Translations under genes and position numbers: made by a program
IMG/VR virus record: IMGVR_UViG_3300032282_004797
Span: 1-55,939 of that record
Source of the DNA: a virus
Lineage: Duplodnaviria; Caudoviricetes
DNA: 55,939 bases
Direction: 5' to 3' (one strand)
Shown: positions 10,601 to 19,711 of the stretch, in pieces
Position numbering within the stretch: the stretch's first letter is position 1
Layout: each line of letters opens with the position of its first letter
Notes under the pieces: generated by a model
What the model saw: only the letters and a program-made list of their open reading frames with translations
What the model was told of the DNA's origin: nothing
Database searches by the model: none

Positions 10601-10790
10601 AAGATCTGAATTAGATTTGGTAAATGACCAACCAACAGATATCGAAGATCAGGATACATTAGAAGAATTTTTTACACCATCTCCAATGGAAAAAGAATTC
10701 TGGGCTAAAATGGAATATGAATCAGATTATTGGTTTTCAGATCAAATAACATTCAAAATACCAGGTTTGGACGAAGAATTTACGGTTTAG
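7689..10790 (+). CDS. polB: Family B DNA polymerase with 3'-5' exonuclease and a macrodomain-like insertion
   Basis: ExoI FDLETTG, ExoII GYNSANFD, ExoIII YLVDD, motif A DYNSLYP, motif B KIFINSMFG, motif C DTDG. Confidence 0.93.
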   Translation: MAEYKISLEEIEKFLNGHDDEKYIVNVEYDAETNLIHKIKQDPEKGSCVETEPLLAFMWIKNLNKVKELTNFYGNSDSKIKSARQRFGIEIKSLGGDHPKLLEGYRYLVTCNQGNKRMLDFFREGGIYVYDTRNDIRSHFLMISPVEQYFIHTGKRLFKGFEEYDDIHKFVFDLETTGLDPNINRIFLIGIYTNKGAKEIIPVEDDDESERQAITKFFEVINKIKPTIIAGYNSANFDWDFFFVRCQKLGLDIQDIAITLKPGELIQRKEKSILKLGNEVEEYTQTNMFGYSIIDIIHSARRAQAIDSSMKSVGLKYVCKYNKIAKKNRVYIVGDKIGNTWYSKDKFYFDDRTGAYTKTKPALEFMDYIRREDVQANPDKVFVFGDNMLRQGLGGQAKEMRGEPNVIGIVTKHSPESNQESYFNDKDFDNLKKYIDADINQVIEKIKEGKTIVFPKMGIGTGLAQLDMRAPKTFKYLVGLLRALRDYINSFQEVDGKYIVERYLVDDLWETMEVDAVYNQSSFLLAKLVPTTYQRVSTMGTAGLWKLLMMAYSFENDLAIPVSDTKRDYTGGLSRLFKVGYSTTLRKMDYNSLYPAIQLAHDVFPSVDVNGAMKSMLKYFHTERFNAKRLSDKYKKEGNYQLADKYKRKQLPLKIFINSMFGALGAPMAFQWAEIDVSERITCTARQYLRLMVTFFVKRGYTPLVLDTDGVNFMAPKNGEHYTYIGKGLNDEVEAGKEYTGVKAIVAEFNDTYMRGEMGLGLDGIWPATINLSRKNYALLEDDGSISLTGNSIKSKAMPVYIEEFLAKGMKMLLNGYGYDFVQYYYEYAEKVCNKQIPLAKIATKARVKKSINGYINRGGDKNGRQLAKQAHMELAIKHNLDVNLGDTIYYVNNGKTKSHGDAQEDKNGEMYATLVPNDIIENKPDYIGEYNVPKYLEALNKKVEPLLVAFSLEVRDKILIKKSGERTMFLRSELDLVNDQPTDIEDQDTLEEFFTPSPMEKEFWAKMEYESDYWFSDQITFKIPGLDEEFTV
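8770..9160 (+). other. Macrodomain-like insert within the polymerase exonuclease domain
   Basis: VFVFGDNMLRQGLGGQA...IGIVTKH...VFPKMGIGTGLA lies between ExoII and ExoIII. Boundaries approximate. Confidence 0.7.
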
Positions 10791-10835
10791 TTGAAATATT
10801 ACCTAAATCACCGATATTTATAGTTAAAATATCGA

Positions 10836-11408
10836 ATGTCACAAAGTAATAACATAAAAGAATTTATTGATCAAGACGGTGATATAATCAGTGGTGATAA
10901 AAAATACATTGATTATGTTAACACCAGTCATGATACAACCGATGCCGCTATCTTAAAAACTAGACAACCGTTTGTTTTTCAGAATTACAGAAGATATTAC
11001 GGTGAATCTGTATTACCTTTTAATAATGAAGCGGATTATTGTAAAAGCGATCCTAAAAAATTCTATGAATTTTTAGGGAAAAAGGGTATGGAACACACTT
11101 TTGAAGATTATTTTACAGAAGTAAAACAAAGAAAAGATGTTAAACCTGTAATTGACCCAAAAGACAAATTAAAAGAGATTGCAAAAGAAAAAGCATTTAA
11201 AATGCTTGAAGACCTTCTTTCCAAAAGAAAAGATGATGACTATCTTATATCTAGAGATATGCCAACAACTATCGAAGAAATCAAAGATAAAGAAAAATTA
11301 CTTTTTGATAAATTTGATAAAATACTCGAATTCTTTAAAGAAAACCTAAATGAAGGTGAGAAAAAAATATTATTATCTTATTTTGAAAACTCATTAAAAA
11401 ATGGATAA
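10836..11408 (+). CDS. hypothetical protein (late)
   Basis: 190-aa ORF. TATTTAT at 10815-10821. Confidence 0.7.
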   Translation: MSQSNNIKEFIDQDGDIISGDKKYIDYVNTSHDTTDAAILKTRQPFVFQNYRRYYGESVLPFNNEADYCKSDPKKFYEFLGKKGMEHTFEDYFTEVKQRKDVKPVIDPKDKLKEIAKEKAFKMLEDLLSKRKDDDYLISRDMPTTIEEIKDKEKLLFDKFDKILEFFKENLNEGEKKILLSYFENSLKNG

Positions 11409-11889
11409 CATAAGTGAAGAAAACTCAAAACTTTTAGGTAATTTTTATGAAGTACCTGAAGAAGTATTGGTTTATGTAAAGCACGCTTTAAATAAACATG
11501 GTGAGGATAATAAAACAGCTAAAGGTTATAAAAGGGCAAATCATATTGTTAATAACCCAAACCAGCCGTTTGTTAATTTAGTTAACATTAAAAACTATTT
11601 TGATACATTAGACACCAACAATATAAATAATGTTGAGTTTGATTTACATGGTGGTAAAGTTATGAATACTTGGGTTCAAGACCTTATAAAAAGAGAAAGA
11701 GAAAGAGTTGAAGGTAATAAAGTTGCTAGAACAAATGCAGGTATGGATGGTCAATTTAGAAAAGATTCTGAAGGGGATGATTTTAATACTGATTTACCAA
11801 ATAACGTAATGGATACGCCAGACATAATGTTTAATAGCGCATTACTTGAAGATATAACTAGAATAAAAAATTTAATAAATAAAATCTAA
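11401..11889 (+). CDS. hypothetical protein, possible internal head protein
   Basis: 162 aa. C-terminal LLEDITRIKNLINKI helix. Confidence 0.65.
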   Translation: MDNISEENSKLLGNFYEVPEEVLVYVKHALNKHGEDNKTAKGYKRANHIVNNPNQPFVNLVNIKNYFDTLDTNNINNVEFDLHGGKVMNTWVQDLIKRERERVEGNKVARTNAGMDGQFRKDSEGDDFNTDLPNNVMDTPDIMFNSALLEDITRIKNLINKI

Positions 11890-11891
11890 TC

Positions 11892-12155
11892 ATGGCAGAT
11901 AACATTTTAAAAGTACCAGCATCAGAGCAATTAAGACAAGTTGCTTTTGAAGAAAGAGAGGGTAAATTAGTCCCAATCAACGAATATAAACCAAATTCTT
12001 TTGAGTATAGCTCAACAAACCCTAACGCACTTAGTGGTGACGCTAAAGGTAAGGGTGATATTGGTAACACTACCGATGTTGAAGAAAGATCAAAATTGGT
12101 TGCTGTTAACAATTATAAAGATACTAATACATATCCAGACCCATCTGTAGTTTAA
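11892..12155 (+). CDS. hypothetical protein
   Basis: 87-aa ORF in operon. Confidence 0.6.
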   Translation: MADNILKVPASEQLRQVAFEEREGKLVPINEYKPNSFEYSSTNPNALSGDAKGKGDIGNTTDVEERSKLVAVNNYKDTNTYPDPSVV

Positions 12156-12167
12156 TTTTTTTTATTT

Positions 12168-12746
12168 ATGCTTATTATTGAACAAAACGAAAATGAAAAA
12201 TTGTCCTTATTACGTCAAGCGATTGAAGATAAGGTAGAAATTTCGTTTTGGTATAGAGGTGTTAAAGTTAGCGATCCTAATAATAAGAAATACACCAAAC
12301 AGAACTGGAGATTTGCTCAACCAACAGATTTAGGTAAAAGCAAAGGTGAAGGTAATAGATGGATGTTAAGAGCTTATCAAAAAAGTGGAACTAGCAACAC
12401 TAATAATAGAGCGTGGAAAACATTTTTAGTAGATGAAATGAATAATATAACCCTATTGAATGGCGATAATAAGGCATACATTTTACAAAAGTATGGTTAT
12501 TTCGAAAAACCAGATGGATCTGGTTTTAATTTAAGTGGGGATAAAAAAATGGTTAACGATAAACCAGAAATTAAAATAGACATAAACAAAAAAAGACCTG
12601 AAAATAAACCAGAACAAAAACCAGTGGAACCCCAAGCTCAAGGACAACCTCAAGGACAAAATGTCCCTGAGAACCCAAATGATAAGGAACCAATAGCTGA
12701 ACATAGTTCTGGATTCTTAAAATGGATTTATAATATATATGGATAA
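12168..12746 (+). CDS. WYL-domain-like protein
   Basis: AIEDKVEISFWY...RFAQPTDLG...LRAYQ...WKTFLVDEM fits the WYL pattern. Pro/Gln-rich tail. Confidence 0.65.
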   Translation: MLIIEQNENEKLSLLRQAIEDKVEISFWYRGVKVSDPNNKKYTKQNWRFAQPTDLGKSKGEGNRWMLRAYQKSGTSNTNNRAWKTFLVDEMNNITLLNGDNKAYILQKYGYFEKPDGSGFNLSGDKKMVNDKPEIKIDINKKRPENKPEQKPVEPQAQGQPQGQNVPENPNDKEPIAEHSSGFLKWIYNIYG

Positions 12747-13353
12747 TCAAGATAAAGCAGCTTTATTAGCGCAAGGAATTGCTAAAGCAAGAATGGTAAT
12801 GGAAAAAGTTGAAGCCAATACTGGTGGTAAAATGGCTCAAGATAGGGGTATGGGTTCTATGCCTGTGTCAAGAGAAATTTATTCTGATAATTATCAGGAG
12901 CGTGAACCAGAGTACTTAACTGAGGAACAAGTTGCCGCTAGAACAAGAAATGCTGCTGGTAACATACCAAAAAATACAATGAAAAATTTATCAACCTCAA
13001 AAATGCCTAAAGAAATACTACAGTCGTTTATGGAAAATCCGATTGTTGACCCCACAATGCCTGTTGGGATGGATAATTTAATGGAACAAGTTGCTAAAGC
13101 GCAACCTAAAATGAAACAAATTGAGGAGATGGTACAATCAAGACCTGCCGCACCAACACAATCCGCACCAGCTTTAACGATGGATAAGGAATTAATTGAA
13201 TATATCATTAAAAAAACCGTTGAAACGGTACTAGAGGAACAAGCTAAAAAAACAAGTATTGATGAAAATTTTCAAATTAAAATAGGTGATAAAATATTTG
13301 GTGGTAAATTAAACGTTTTGAAAGAAAATAATAATAAAACAACTAAAAAGTAA
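12739..13353 (+). CDS. hypothetical protein
   Basis: 204-aa ORF overlapping the upstream stop. Confidence 0.65.
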   Translation: MDNQDKAALLAQGIAKARMVMEKVEANTGGKMAQDRGMGSMPVSREIYSDNYQEREPEYLTEEQVAARTRNAAGNIPKNTMKNLSTSKMPKEILQSFMENPIVDPTMPVGMDNLMEQVAKAQPKMKQIEEMVQSRPAAPTQSAPALTMDKELIEYIIKKTVETVLEEQAKKTSIDENFQIKIGDKIFGGKLNVLKENNNKTTKK

Positions 13354-13358
13354 AAACT

Positions 13359-13526
13359 ATGAAAAAAGAACAATTATTAGGTGTTATACGTCACGTATTA
13401 ACATTTATTGGTGGTGTTTTAATCACTAATGGTTTAGCCAACGAAGCTTTATCACAAGAGCTTGTTGGTGCGACAATAACTTTGATCGGTGGTATCTGGT
13501 CAATTGTAGAAAAAAACAAAAAATAA
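13359..13526 (+). CDS. small two-TM membrane protein, putative holin (not in ORF track)
   Basis: 55 aa MKKEQLLGVIRHVLTFIGGVLITNGLANEALSQELVGATITLIGGIWSIVEKNKK: two hydrophobic helices and a basic C-terminus. Confidence 0.65.
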   Translation: MKKEQLLGVIRHVLTFIGGVLITNGLANEALSQELVGATITLIGGIWSIVEKNKK

Positions 13527-13530
13527 GAAC

Positions 13531-13719
13531 ATGCACGTAATTAAATTTTGTAAAAACAAATGCTGTCCAGTTATTGAGGTTCAAGAAAACGCAATCGTAT
13601 TGGGTGATAAAGAAGGGCCAGAAGGTATAACAACATGGACTAAAAACCAATTTGCTGACTTTGTTGAAGCGGCTAAAGACGGTAAATTTGACGAAATTGT
13701 TAACGATAAAAAAGATTAA
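13531..13719 (+). CDS. small hypothetical protein (DUF397-like pattern)
   Basis: CCPVIEV...VLGDK...WTKNQFADFVEAAKDGKFD. Confidence 0.55.
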   Translation: MHVIKFCKNKCCPVIEVQENAIVLGDKEGPEGITTWTKNQFADFVEAAKDGKFDEIVNDKKD

Positions 13720-13747
13720 TCGTTAAAATTTTAACAAAAAACTAATA

Positions 13748-13777
13748 ATGGGGAATTTGATATTCCCCATTTTTTTT
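13748..13777 (+). terminator. Rho-independent terminator
   Basis: ATGGGGAAT-TTGAT-ATTCCCCAT followed by a T run. Confidence 0.8.
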
Positions 13778-13786
13778 GTATATTTG
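13756..13786 (+). promoter_or_regulatory. Bacteroidota-type promoter overlapping the terminator
   Basis: TTTG at 13756-13759, 19-nt spacer, TATATTTG at 13779-13786. ATG at 13791. Confidence 0.65.
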
Positions 13787-13790
13787 TCAT

Positions 13791-14540
13791 ATGGATAAGA
13801 TAAAAATTGTGGTTATTGGCGAAAACTGTACTGATAAATTTATATATGGTAGTGTTAGTAGGTTATGCCCAGAGGCACCAGTACCAATATTAAACCCTTA
13901 TAAAATAACTAAAAACCCTGGGATGGCTGGTAATGTTGTGGAAAACATAAAAGCGCTTAGAAATGATTGTGATATAACATTTATTCACCAGGATAGTAAG
14001 ATTGTTAAAACAAGGTTTGTTGATGAACAAAGCAATCAAATGATTATTCGTGTTGATGAGGGTGAGGATAATATAAAACCCTTAGAATTAACACAAGAAT
14101 TAATTGATGAGTTATTATTAGCTGATATTGTAATTGTTAGTGACTACAATAAAGGTTTTTTATCAAATGAAGTTTTAGCTAACATAGCTCACCACTCAGC
14201 ATGTTCAATACTTGATAGTAAAAGACTTATGTTACCAATATTTAAAGATTTTACGTTTATTAAATTAAATAAAACCGAACGATTACAACAAAAAGAGGCT
14301 TTGATTTGTGATTTGAATATTATAACAACTTTAGGTAAAAAAGGTGCTGAATATAAAGGTGACGTATACCCATCACCATCACCAAGAGATACTATAGATG
14401 TTAGTGGGGCTGGTGATACCTTCACAGCGTCATTTATTTTAAAATATCATGAGACTAAGGACATTAAGATGTCAATATACTTTGCTAACACAAAAGCTTC
14501 TGATGTTGTGAGTAAAAGAGGGGTTGTTGTACCAAAATAA
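13791..14540 (+). CDS. rfaE: RfaE/HldE-type heptose-7-phosphate kinase (PfkB family, kinase domain only)
   Basis: RLCPEAPVP, GMAGNV, KTRF, SDYNKG, DVSGAGDT. Start at MDKIK (13791). Confidence 0.85.
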   Translation: MDKIKIVVIGENCTDKFIYGSVSRLCPEAPVPILNPYKITKNPGMAGNVVENIKALRNDCDITFIHQDSKIVKTRFVDEQSNQMIIRVDEGEDNIKPLELTQELIDELLLADIVIVSDYNKGFLSNEVLANIAHHSACSILDSKRLMLPIFKDFTFIKLNKTERLQQKEALICDLNIITTLGKKGAEYKGDVYPSPSPRDTIDVSGAGDTFTASFILKYHETKDIKMSIYFANTKASDVVSKRGVVVPK

Positions 14541-14603
14541 ATTTCCTAATATATTTTGATTTTTGGTTAATTTTTACTATTATTATGGAAACATAATGAA
14601 TCT

Positions 14604-15824
14604 ATGAGTAAAATTAATATACTAGTACAACCAAATGACCGAGCTGGTTCGGGTAAATATAGATGCGTAGATCCCCACGTAACTTTACAGAATAATAACC
14701 CTGAAGATTTTTTTGTTGAAATTAATGAAAACGTTAATTTTAATGATGATAACTATTTGAAAAAATTTCAGTTATTCTTTTTCCATAGAGCCCCAGGTGG
14801 TAATTATTTACAAGGTGTTGAGATTATTAAAAAAATTAAATCGTTTGGTGGTAAAGTTATCATCGATTTAGATGATCACTGGAATTTAGACCCATCACAT
14901 GGTTTATACCAAACATCAAAAAAGAATGAAATCCCTCTTCACACAATCAATATTGTTAAAGAGGCTGATTTGGTAACGGTATCAACACATTTCCTACAAA
15001 CAGAAGTTTTAAAATACAACAAAAAATGTGTTATTTTGGCTAATGCAATAAACCCAAATGAAACACAATTTAAACCAAAACCAAGTGAGTCAGAAAGATT
15101 AAGATTTGGTTGGTTAGGTGGTTCATCACACGTTAAAGATATTGAATTATTAAAAGGTATACCTCAAAGATCAAATGAGTATGGTGATAAGATGCAAATT
15201 GTGTTGTGCGGTTACGATACAAGGGGTACTGTTAGGGCTCAAAACCCTCAAACAGGTGAAATGATGGAAAGACAAATGCAACCTGTTGAAACAACTTGGT
15301 TTATGTACGAGGTATTCCTAACAGATCATTTTAAAACAATTAAAGATCAAGAATATATCAAACATTTATTAAAATTTGACCAGACGTTAAATTATGATGA
15401 TAAAAATATGCCGTATAGAAGGATATGGACTAAATCAATCGATACATACGCAAAAGGTTATAACGAATTTGATGTTGCATTAGCACCATTAAATGATAGC
15501 CCTTTTAATAGATACAAGTCTCAATTAAAGGTAATTGAAGCTGGATTTCATAAAAAAGCTATAATTGCTCAGAATTACGGGCCATATACAATTGATTTGG
15601 TCTCTGCAATTGAAAAGGGTGGTGGGTTTAACACAAAAGGTAACTCTTTATTGGTTGAGTCAAGTAAAAACCACAAACAATGGACCCAACATATTAAAAG
15701 ATTAATCGATAACCCAAGTCTTGTTGAAGATCTTGGTGAAAAATTGTATGAAGCAGTTAAAGACAAATATGATATAAATTACGTAACAAAATTAAGATCT
15801 GAAATATATAAAACATTAATATAA
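14604..15824 (+). CDS. GT-B glycosyltransferase
   Basis: YRCVDPH, IDLDDHW, GWLGGSSH, DVALAPL...FNRYKSQLKVIEAG. Confidence 0.8.
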   Translation: MSKINILVQPNDRAGSGKYRCVDPHVTLQNNNPEDFFVEINENVNFNDDNYLKKFQLFFFHRAPGGNYLQGVEIIKKIKSFGGKVIIDLDDHWNLDPSHGLYQTSKKNEIPLHTINIVKEADLVTVSTHFLQTEVLKYNKKCVILANAINPNETQFKPKPSESERLRFGWLGGSSHVKDIELLKGIPQRSNEYGDKMQIVLCGYDTRGTVRAQNPQTGEMMERQMQPVETTWFMYEVFLTDHFKTIKDQEYIKHLLKFDQTLNYDDKNMPYRRIWTKSIDTYAKGYNEFDVALAPLNDSPFNRYKSQLKVIEAGFHKKAIIAQNYGPYTIDLVSAIEKGGGFNTKGNSLLVESSKNHKQWTQHIKRLIDNPSLVEDLGEKLYEAVKDKYDINYVTKLRSEIYKTLI

Positions 15825-15825
15825 T

Positions 15826-16410
15826 ATGAGCAACAAATTAGAGAATTTAGACATGGGTGAACTTTTTGATGATGAAACCAAAAATGAATTGGATAGCATT
15901 TTAAAACAAACTCAACACATGATGGGTGATTGGGATTACGACCCAGCCACAATGTCAATTAAGTTAAAAGTGTCTTTTATTAACAAATCAAATAATCCTG
16001 ACCCAACCTATGAAAAGGAAGGTGATAGCGGTTTTGATATTAGAGCTTTTATCGATAAACCAATTGATATTGAGCCAGGTTGTAGGGCGTTAATCAAAAC
16101 GGGTTTATATTTTGAAATACCTTATGGTTATGAATTACAAGTTAGATCTAGAAGTGGTTTAGCTTTAAATAACGGTGTTATTGTTTTAAATAGCCCTGGA
16201 ACTGTTGATTCTGGGTACAGAGGTGAAATTGGTATTATATTGCATAATACCGATAAATTAAACCCATTTTATGTACATAATGGTGATAGAATTGCACAAG
16301 GTGTTATTGCCGCTGTACAAACAATGGGTAAAACAAAATTCATAAAAACTGATACACTATCAAGTAGTGATAGAGGTTCTGGTGGTTTTGGTTCAACTGG
16401 AGTTAGTTAA
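15826..16410 (+). CDS. dut: trimeric dUTPase
   Basis: SGFDI, RSRSGLA, GTVDSGYRGE, GDRIAQ, RGSGGFGSTG. Confidence 0.95.
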   Translation: MSNKLENLDMGELFDDETKNELDSILKQTQHMMGDWDYDPATMSIKLKVSFINKSNNPDPTYEKEGDSGFDIRAFIDKPIDIEPGCRALIKTGLYFEIPYGYELQVRSRSGLALNNGVIVLNSPGTVDSGYRGEIGIILHNTDKLNPFYVHNGDRIAQGVIAAVQTMGKTKFIKTDTLSSSDRGSGGFGSTGVS

Positions 16411-16715
16411 TGATAGTATTTAAAGACCAAATAAGGGCCTATAAAGCAATTACACCCGATGTATTAAACCAAATAGAATACAAAACTGTTTGGTCTGGTA
16501 AAAGAATTGAGGTTGGTGACAAAGTTTTGTACGCATTTGTATACCCCTTAAATTCAGAAGATTATAAATTAGCTACCTTTCTTGAGCGTGAACTTGATGA
16601 AGTTAATCAAATGTTTACATTCATTCAAACAATAAAAGGTATTATACCTGTATTAAAATATAAGAATGATAATCTTGTGAGAGATTTAATCATAGAAGAA
16701 GAGGATGAGTCATAA
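16410..16715 (+). CDS. hypothetical protein
   Basis: 101-aa coupled ORF. Confidence 0.6.
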   Translation: MIVFKDQIRAYKAITPDVLNQIEYKTVWSGKRIEVGDKVLYAFVYPLNSEDYKLATFLERELDEVNQMFTFIQTIKGIIPVLKYKNDNLVRDLIIEEEDES

Positions 16716-18138
16716 AATTAGTGTTGTTTTCTCAACAAGAAAAATAGATGAAAATTTTATTGAGCATGTTAAGAAAACCTGTATGTATAAAGGTGTTGAA
16801 GTTTTGCCGTATGAAAATAATGGTGAATATTCTTTAACGGAAATATATAATAAGGGTTTAAATGATGCGTCAAGTGACATTGTTATTTTTTGCCATGATG
16901 ATATATTATTTGAGACAAATAATTGGGGTGAAAAGGTTTTAAAAGCTTTTGAAAAAAACCCTGAATACGGTATCCTTGGTGTTGCTGGGACAAACCATAT
17001 GATTAGTGGTATGTGGTGGGAAATACGTAACGCTATGCATGGTACCGTAAAACATACTGACGGTACAAAAGTATGGGCGAACAAGTATTCAGCTAATTAT
17101 GGTAATCAATTAAAAGAGATGATTGCCGTTGACGGTTTATTTATAGCCCTAAATAAGGGAAAGATTAAACATTCTTTTGATGAAACATTTAATGGTTTTC
17201 ATTTTTATGATATTTCATTCTGTTTAAAAAACCATTTAGATGGTGTAAAAATAGGTCTAATCTCAAATATTTTAATATTACATAAATCCGTTGGTCAAGT
17301 CAACGAACAATGGGGTGAAAATAAAACTTTATTTGAAAAAATATATGGTGATCAATTACCAATATGTTTGAATGATGAAACAAAACATGTAATTTTTGAT
17401 AAAGAATTACCGAAGATTGATATGCATGTTCTTTGTTGGAATGAGGAAAAAATAATACCTTATTTCCTAAATCACTATGGTAATTTAGTTAGTAACATTT
17501 ATGTTTATGATAACAAATCAAATGACAATAGTGTTAAATTGTTAAAGTCACACCCAAAAGTTACTGTAATACCATACGATACCAATAATGAAATTAGAGA
17601 TGACGCTTATTTGCAGATAAAAAATAACGCTTGGAAAAATTCTGTTGGAAAAGCTGATATTGTTATTGTTTGTGATATGGACGAGTTTTTATATTCTGAA
17701 GACTTAAAATCGACTATTATCGAATTTAATAATAGTGAATTTACTGTCGTAAAGCCAACTGGTTATGACATGATAGTTAATGAATTTGATTTTGATTATA
17801 AAAGTAAATTAACGGATTTAATTAAAACTGGTTATAGAAATGATTTATTTGATAAATTTTTAATGTTTAAACCAAATAATATTAAAGAAATTAATTATAG
17901 AGGTGGTTGTCATTTTGCTAACCCAATTGGTGAAGTAAGACTATTTATAGATAAATTAACACTTTTACACTATAAAAGATTAGGTTTAAAATATCATTTA
18001 AAAAAAATGCGATCATATAAAAAAAGACTAAGCGATTTTAATAAAAAATATAATTTAGGTTATGAATATGGTTTTGACGAAAATAAACATATAGAAGATT
18101 TTACTGATTGTTTGGGTAAATCTGAGATATGCATCTAA
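16705..18138 (+). CDS. two-domain GT-A (GT2-like) glycosyltransferase
   Basis: N domain FCHDDI...VDGLF...FHFYD. C domain WNEEKIIPYFLNHY...YDNKSND...CDMDEF. Confidence 0.8.
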   Translation: MSHKISVVFSTRKIDENFIEHVKKTCMYKGVEVLPYENNGEYSLTEIYNKGLNDASSDIVIFCHDDILFETNNWGEKVLKAFEKNPEYGILGVAGTNHMISGMWWEIRNAMHGTVKHTDGTKVWANKYSANYGNQLKEMIAVDGLFIALNKGKIKHSFDETFNGFHFYDISFCLKNHLDGVKIGLISNILILHKSVGQVNEQWGENKTLFEKIYGDQLPICLNDETKHVIFDKELPKIDMHVLCWNEEKIIPYFLNHYGNLVSNIYVYDNKSNDNSVKLLKSHPKVTVIPYDTNNEIRDDAYLQIKNNAWKNSVGKADIVIVCDMDEFLYSEDLKSTIIEFNNSEFTVVKPTGYDMIVNEFDFDYKSKLTDLIKTGYRNDLFDKFLMFKPNNIKEINYRGGCHFANPIGEVRLFIDKLTLLHYKRLGLKYHLKKMRSYKKRLSDFNKKYNLGYEYGFDENKHIEDFTDCLGKSEICI

Positions 18139-18151
18139 CCAAAATTAAATA

Positions 18152-19249
18152 ATGGGTTATTTTAAGGTAAAAAATAGGTTTGGTAAAAATATTAAAGAAA
18201 CCGAAATATATGAAAAAACATATGAATTAGTTGATACTGATATTACTGAGGATAGACTTGAAAAACATGAAAAAATTTCATTTAAAAAAAAATATATTAA
18301 ATCTGATAAAGAAGTTTTTGTTGGAGATATTTTGGTTAATGACCCCCCATTACCAGAAAACCATGAAATAAAAAAGGTTAAAACTAAACCAGGAAATCTT
18401 ACCATCAAAAAGGGTGTTGTAGTTAATGATAGTTTAAAATATTCTAAACCAAACAATTTAAATGATAGTGAAGAACGGTTTGATGGCAGATTTATTGGTG
18501 TTAATAACGAAAGAACGGAAAAAATAGCTGTCTTAGTTCATTGTTATTTTATTGACGTTTTATTACACACATTACTACCTAAATTATTACCATTAGCTAA
18601 ACACGCTGATTTTTATTTTAATTTTATAAAAAATGATGATGTTATTAACCAAACAATGGCGTTAGAAGTTATTAAATCAAATTTTGATAACTACACCATA
18701 AATTATACAAACAGAAATATTGGTAGAGACATAAACGGACAATTTAATAACCTAAAAAAAATCTATGAAAATGATAAAACATATGATTTTTATTTATTAG
18801 TTCATACTAAAAAATCTAAACATATGGTTAGATCTGCGGCTCAAAGTTGGCTTGGTGATTTATTAAACGGTACTATTGGTAATTACGATAAAATTAATGA
18901 AATACTAGATTCTTTCAAAAACAATGAAAAAATTGGTATAATTGGTTCAGAAGATAAAAAGTTAAGAACGTTAAGGGATTGTTTTGAATTGAATGTAGAT
19001 AAATATAATGAACTTTGTAGGTTATTAAAAATTGATAAAAACCTTGATACATATTTTATTGCTGGTACCATGTTTTGGATTAGATCTGAAGTTTTAGACC
19101 ATTATTTAAGAAAGAAAAATATTTTAAAATTATTCACATCAAAATTAGAAGAAAATAAATTAATTGATGGCGATTGGCATCATGCAATGGAGAGACTTTA
19201 CGGTACTTTATGTTATAATTTAGGTTATACTGTTAATGAGGAAAAATAA
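18152..19249 (+). CDS. RgpF (rhamnan synthesis protein F)-like protein
   Basis: IAVLVHCYF, NIGRDI, VHTKKS, FIAGTMFWIR, HAMER. Confidence 0.8.
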   Translation: MGYFKVKNRFGKNIKETEIYEKTYELVDTDITEDRLEKHEKISFKKKYIKSDKEVFVGDILVNDPPLPENHEIKKVKTKPGNLTIKKGVVVNDSLKYSKPNNLNDSEERFDGRFIGVNNERTEKIAVLVHCYFIDVLLHTLLPKLLPLAKHADFYFNFIKNDDVINQTMALEVIKSNFDNYTINYTNRNIGRDINGQFNNLKKIYENDKTYDFYLLVHTKKSKHMVRSAAQSWLGDLLNGTIGNYDKINEILDSFKNNEKIGIIGSEDKKLRTLRDCFELNVDKYNELCRLLKIDKNLDTYFIAGTMFWIRSEVLDHYLRKKNILKLFTSKLEENKLIDGDWHHAMERLYGTLCYNLGYTVNEEK

Positions 19250-19261
19250 CACAAATTTATT

Positions 19262-19711
19262 ATGATTAATGAGATAACTAAAATATTGATAGATTTTGAT
19301 GGTGTCTTAACAGACGGTAAAATCTATTACACGCACAATGGTGAACAATTTAAAGGTATTAATACCCGTGATGTTAGGGCTATTAGAGAATTAATATCGA
19401 ATGGTTATGATGTGGTTATATTAACGGCAAGTAGTTGGCCAGGTTCAAAAACTTTTGCTAAAAAAACTGGGTCAGAGATTGTTATATCAAAAGATAAAAA
19501 ACTTTTTGCTGAGCAACTAAATGAAAAATTTATTGCCGTTGGTGATGATGTTTGGGATCTTGGTTTAATAGAAAAATCAGAAAGATTCTTTGCACCAAAA
19601 GATTGCGATAGAGCAATTCGTTATAACAGTAATAAAGTTGAAATACTTAACAGTAAAGGTGGTGAAGGTGTTATAGCCGAACTTGTCCATTGTCTATTAA
19701 ATAAAAATTAA
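19262..19711 (+). CDS. KdsC-like HAD sugar-phosphate phosphatase
   Basis: IDFDGVLTDG, GDDVWD, SKGGEGVIAE. Confidence 0.8.
   Translation: MINEITKILIDFDGVLTDGKIYYTHNGEQFKGINTRDVRAIRELISNGYDVVILTASSWPGSKTFAKKTGSEIVISKDKKLFAEQLNEKFIAVGDDVWDLGLIEKSERFFAPKDCDRAIRYNSNKVEILNSKGGEGVIAELVHCLLNKN

Noticed and set aside
19262-19711. GmhB completing the ADP-heptose pathway
   Set aside because: The motifs (DFDGVLTDG, GGEG) are KdsC-type. The GmhB DRDG and CxH zinc motifs are absent.
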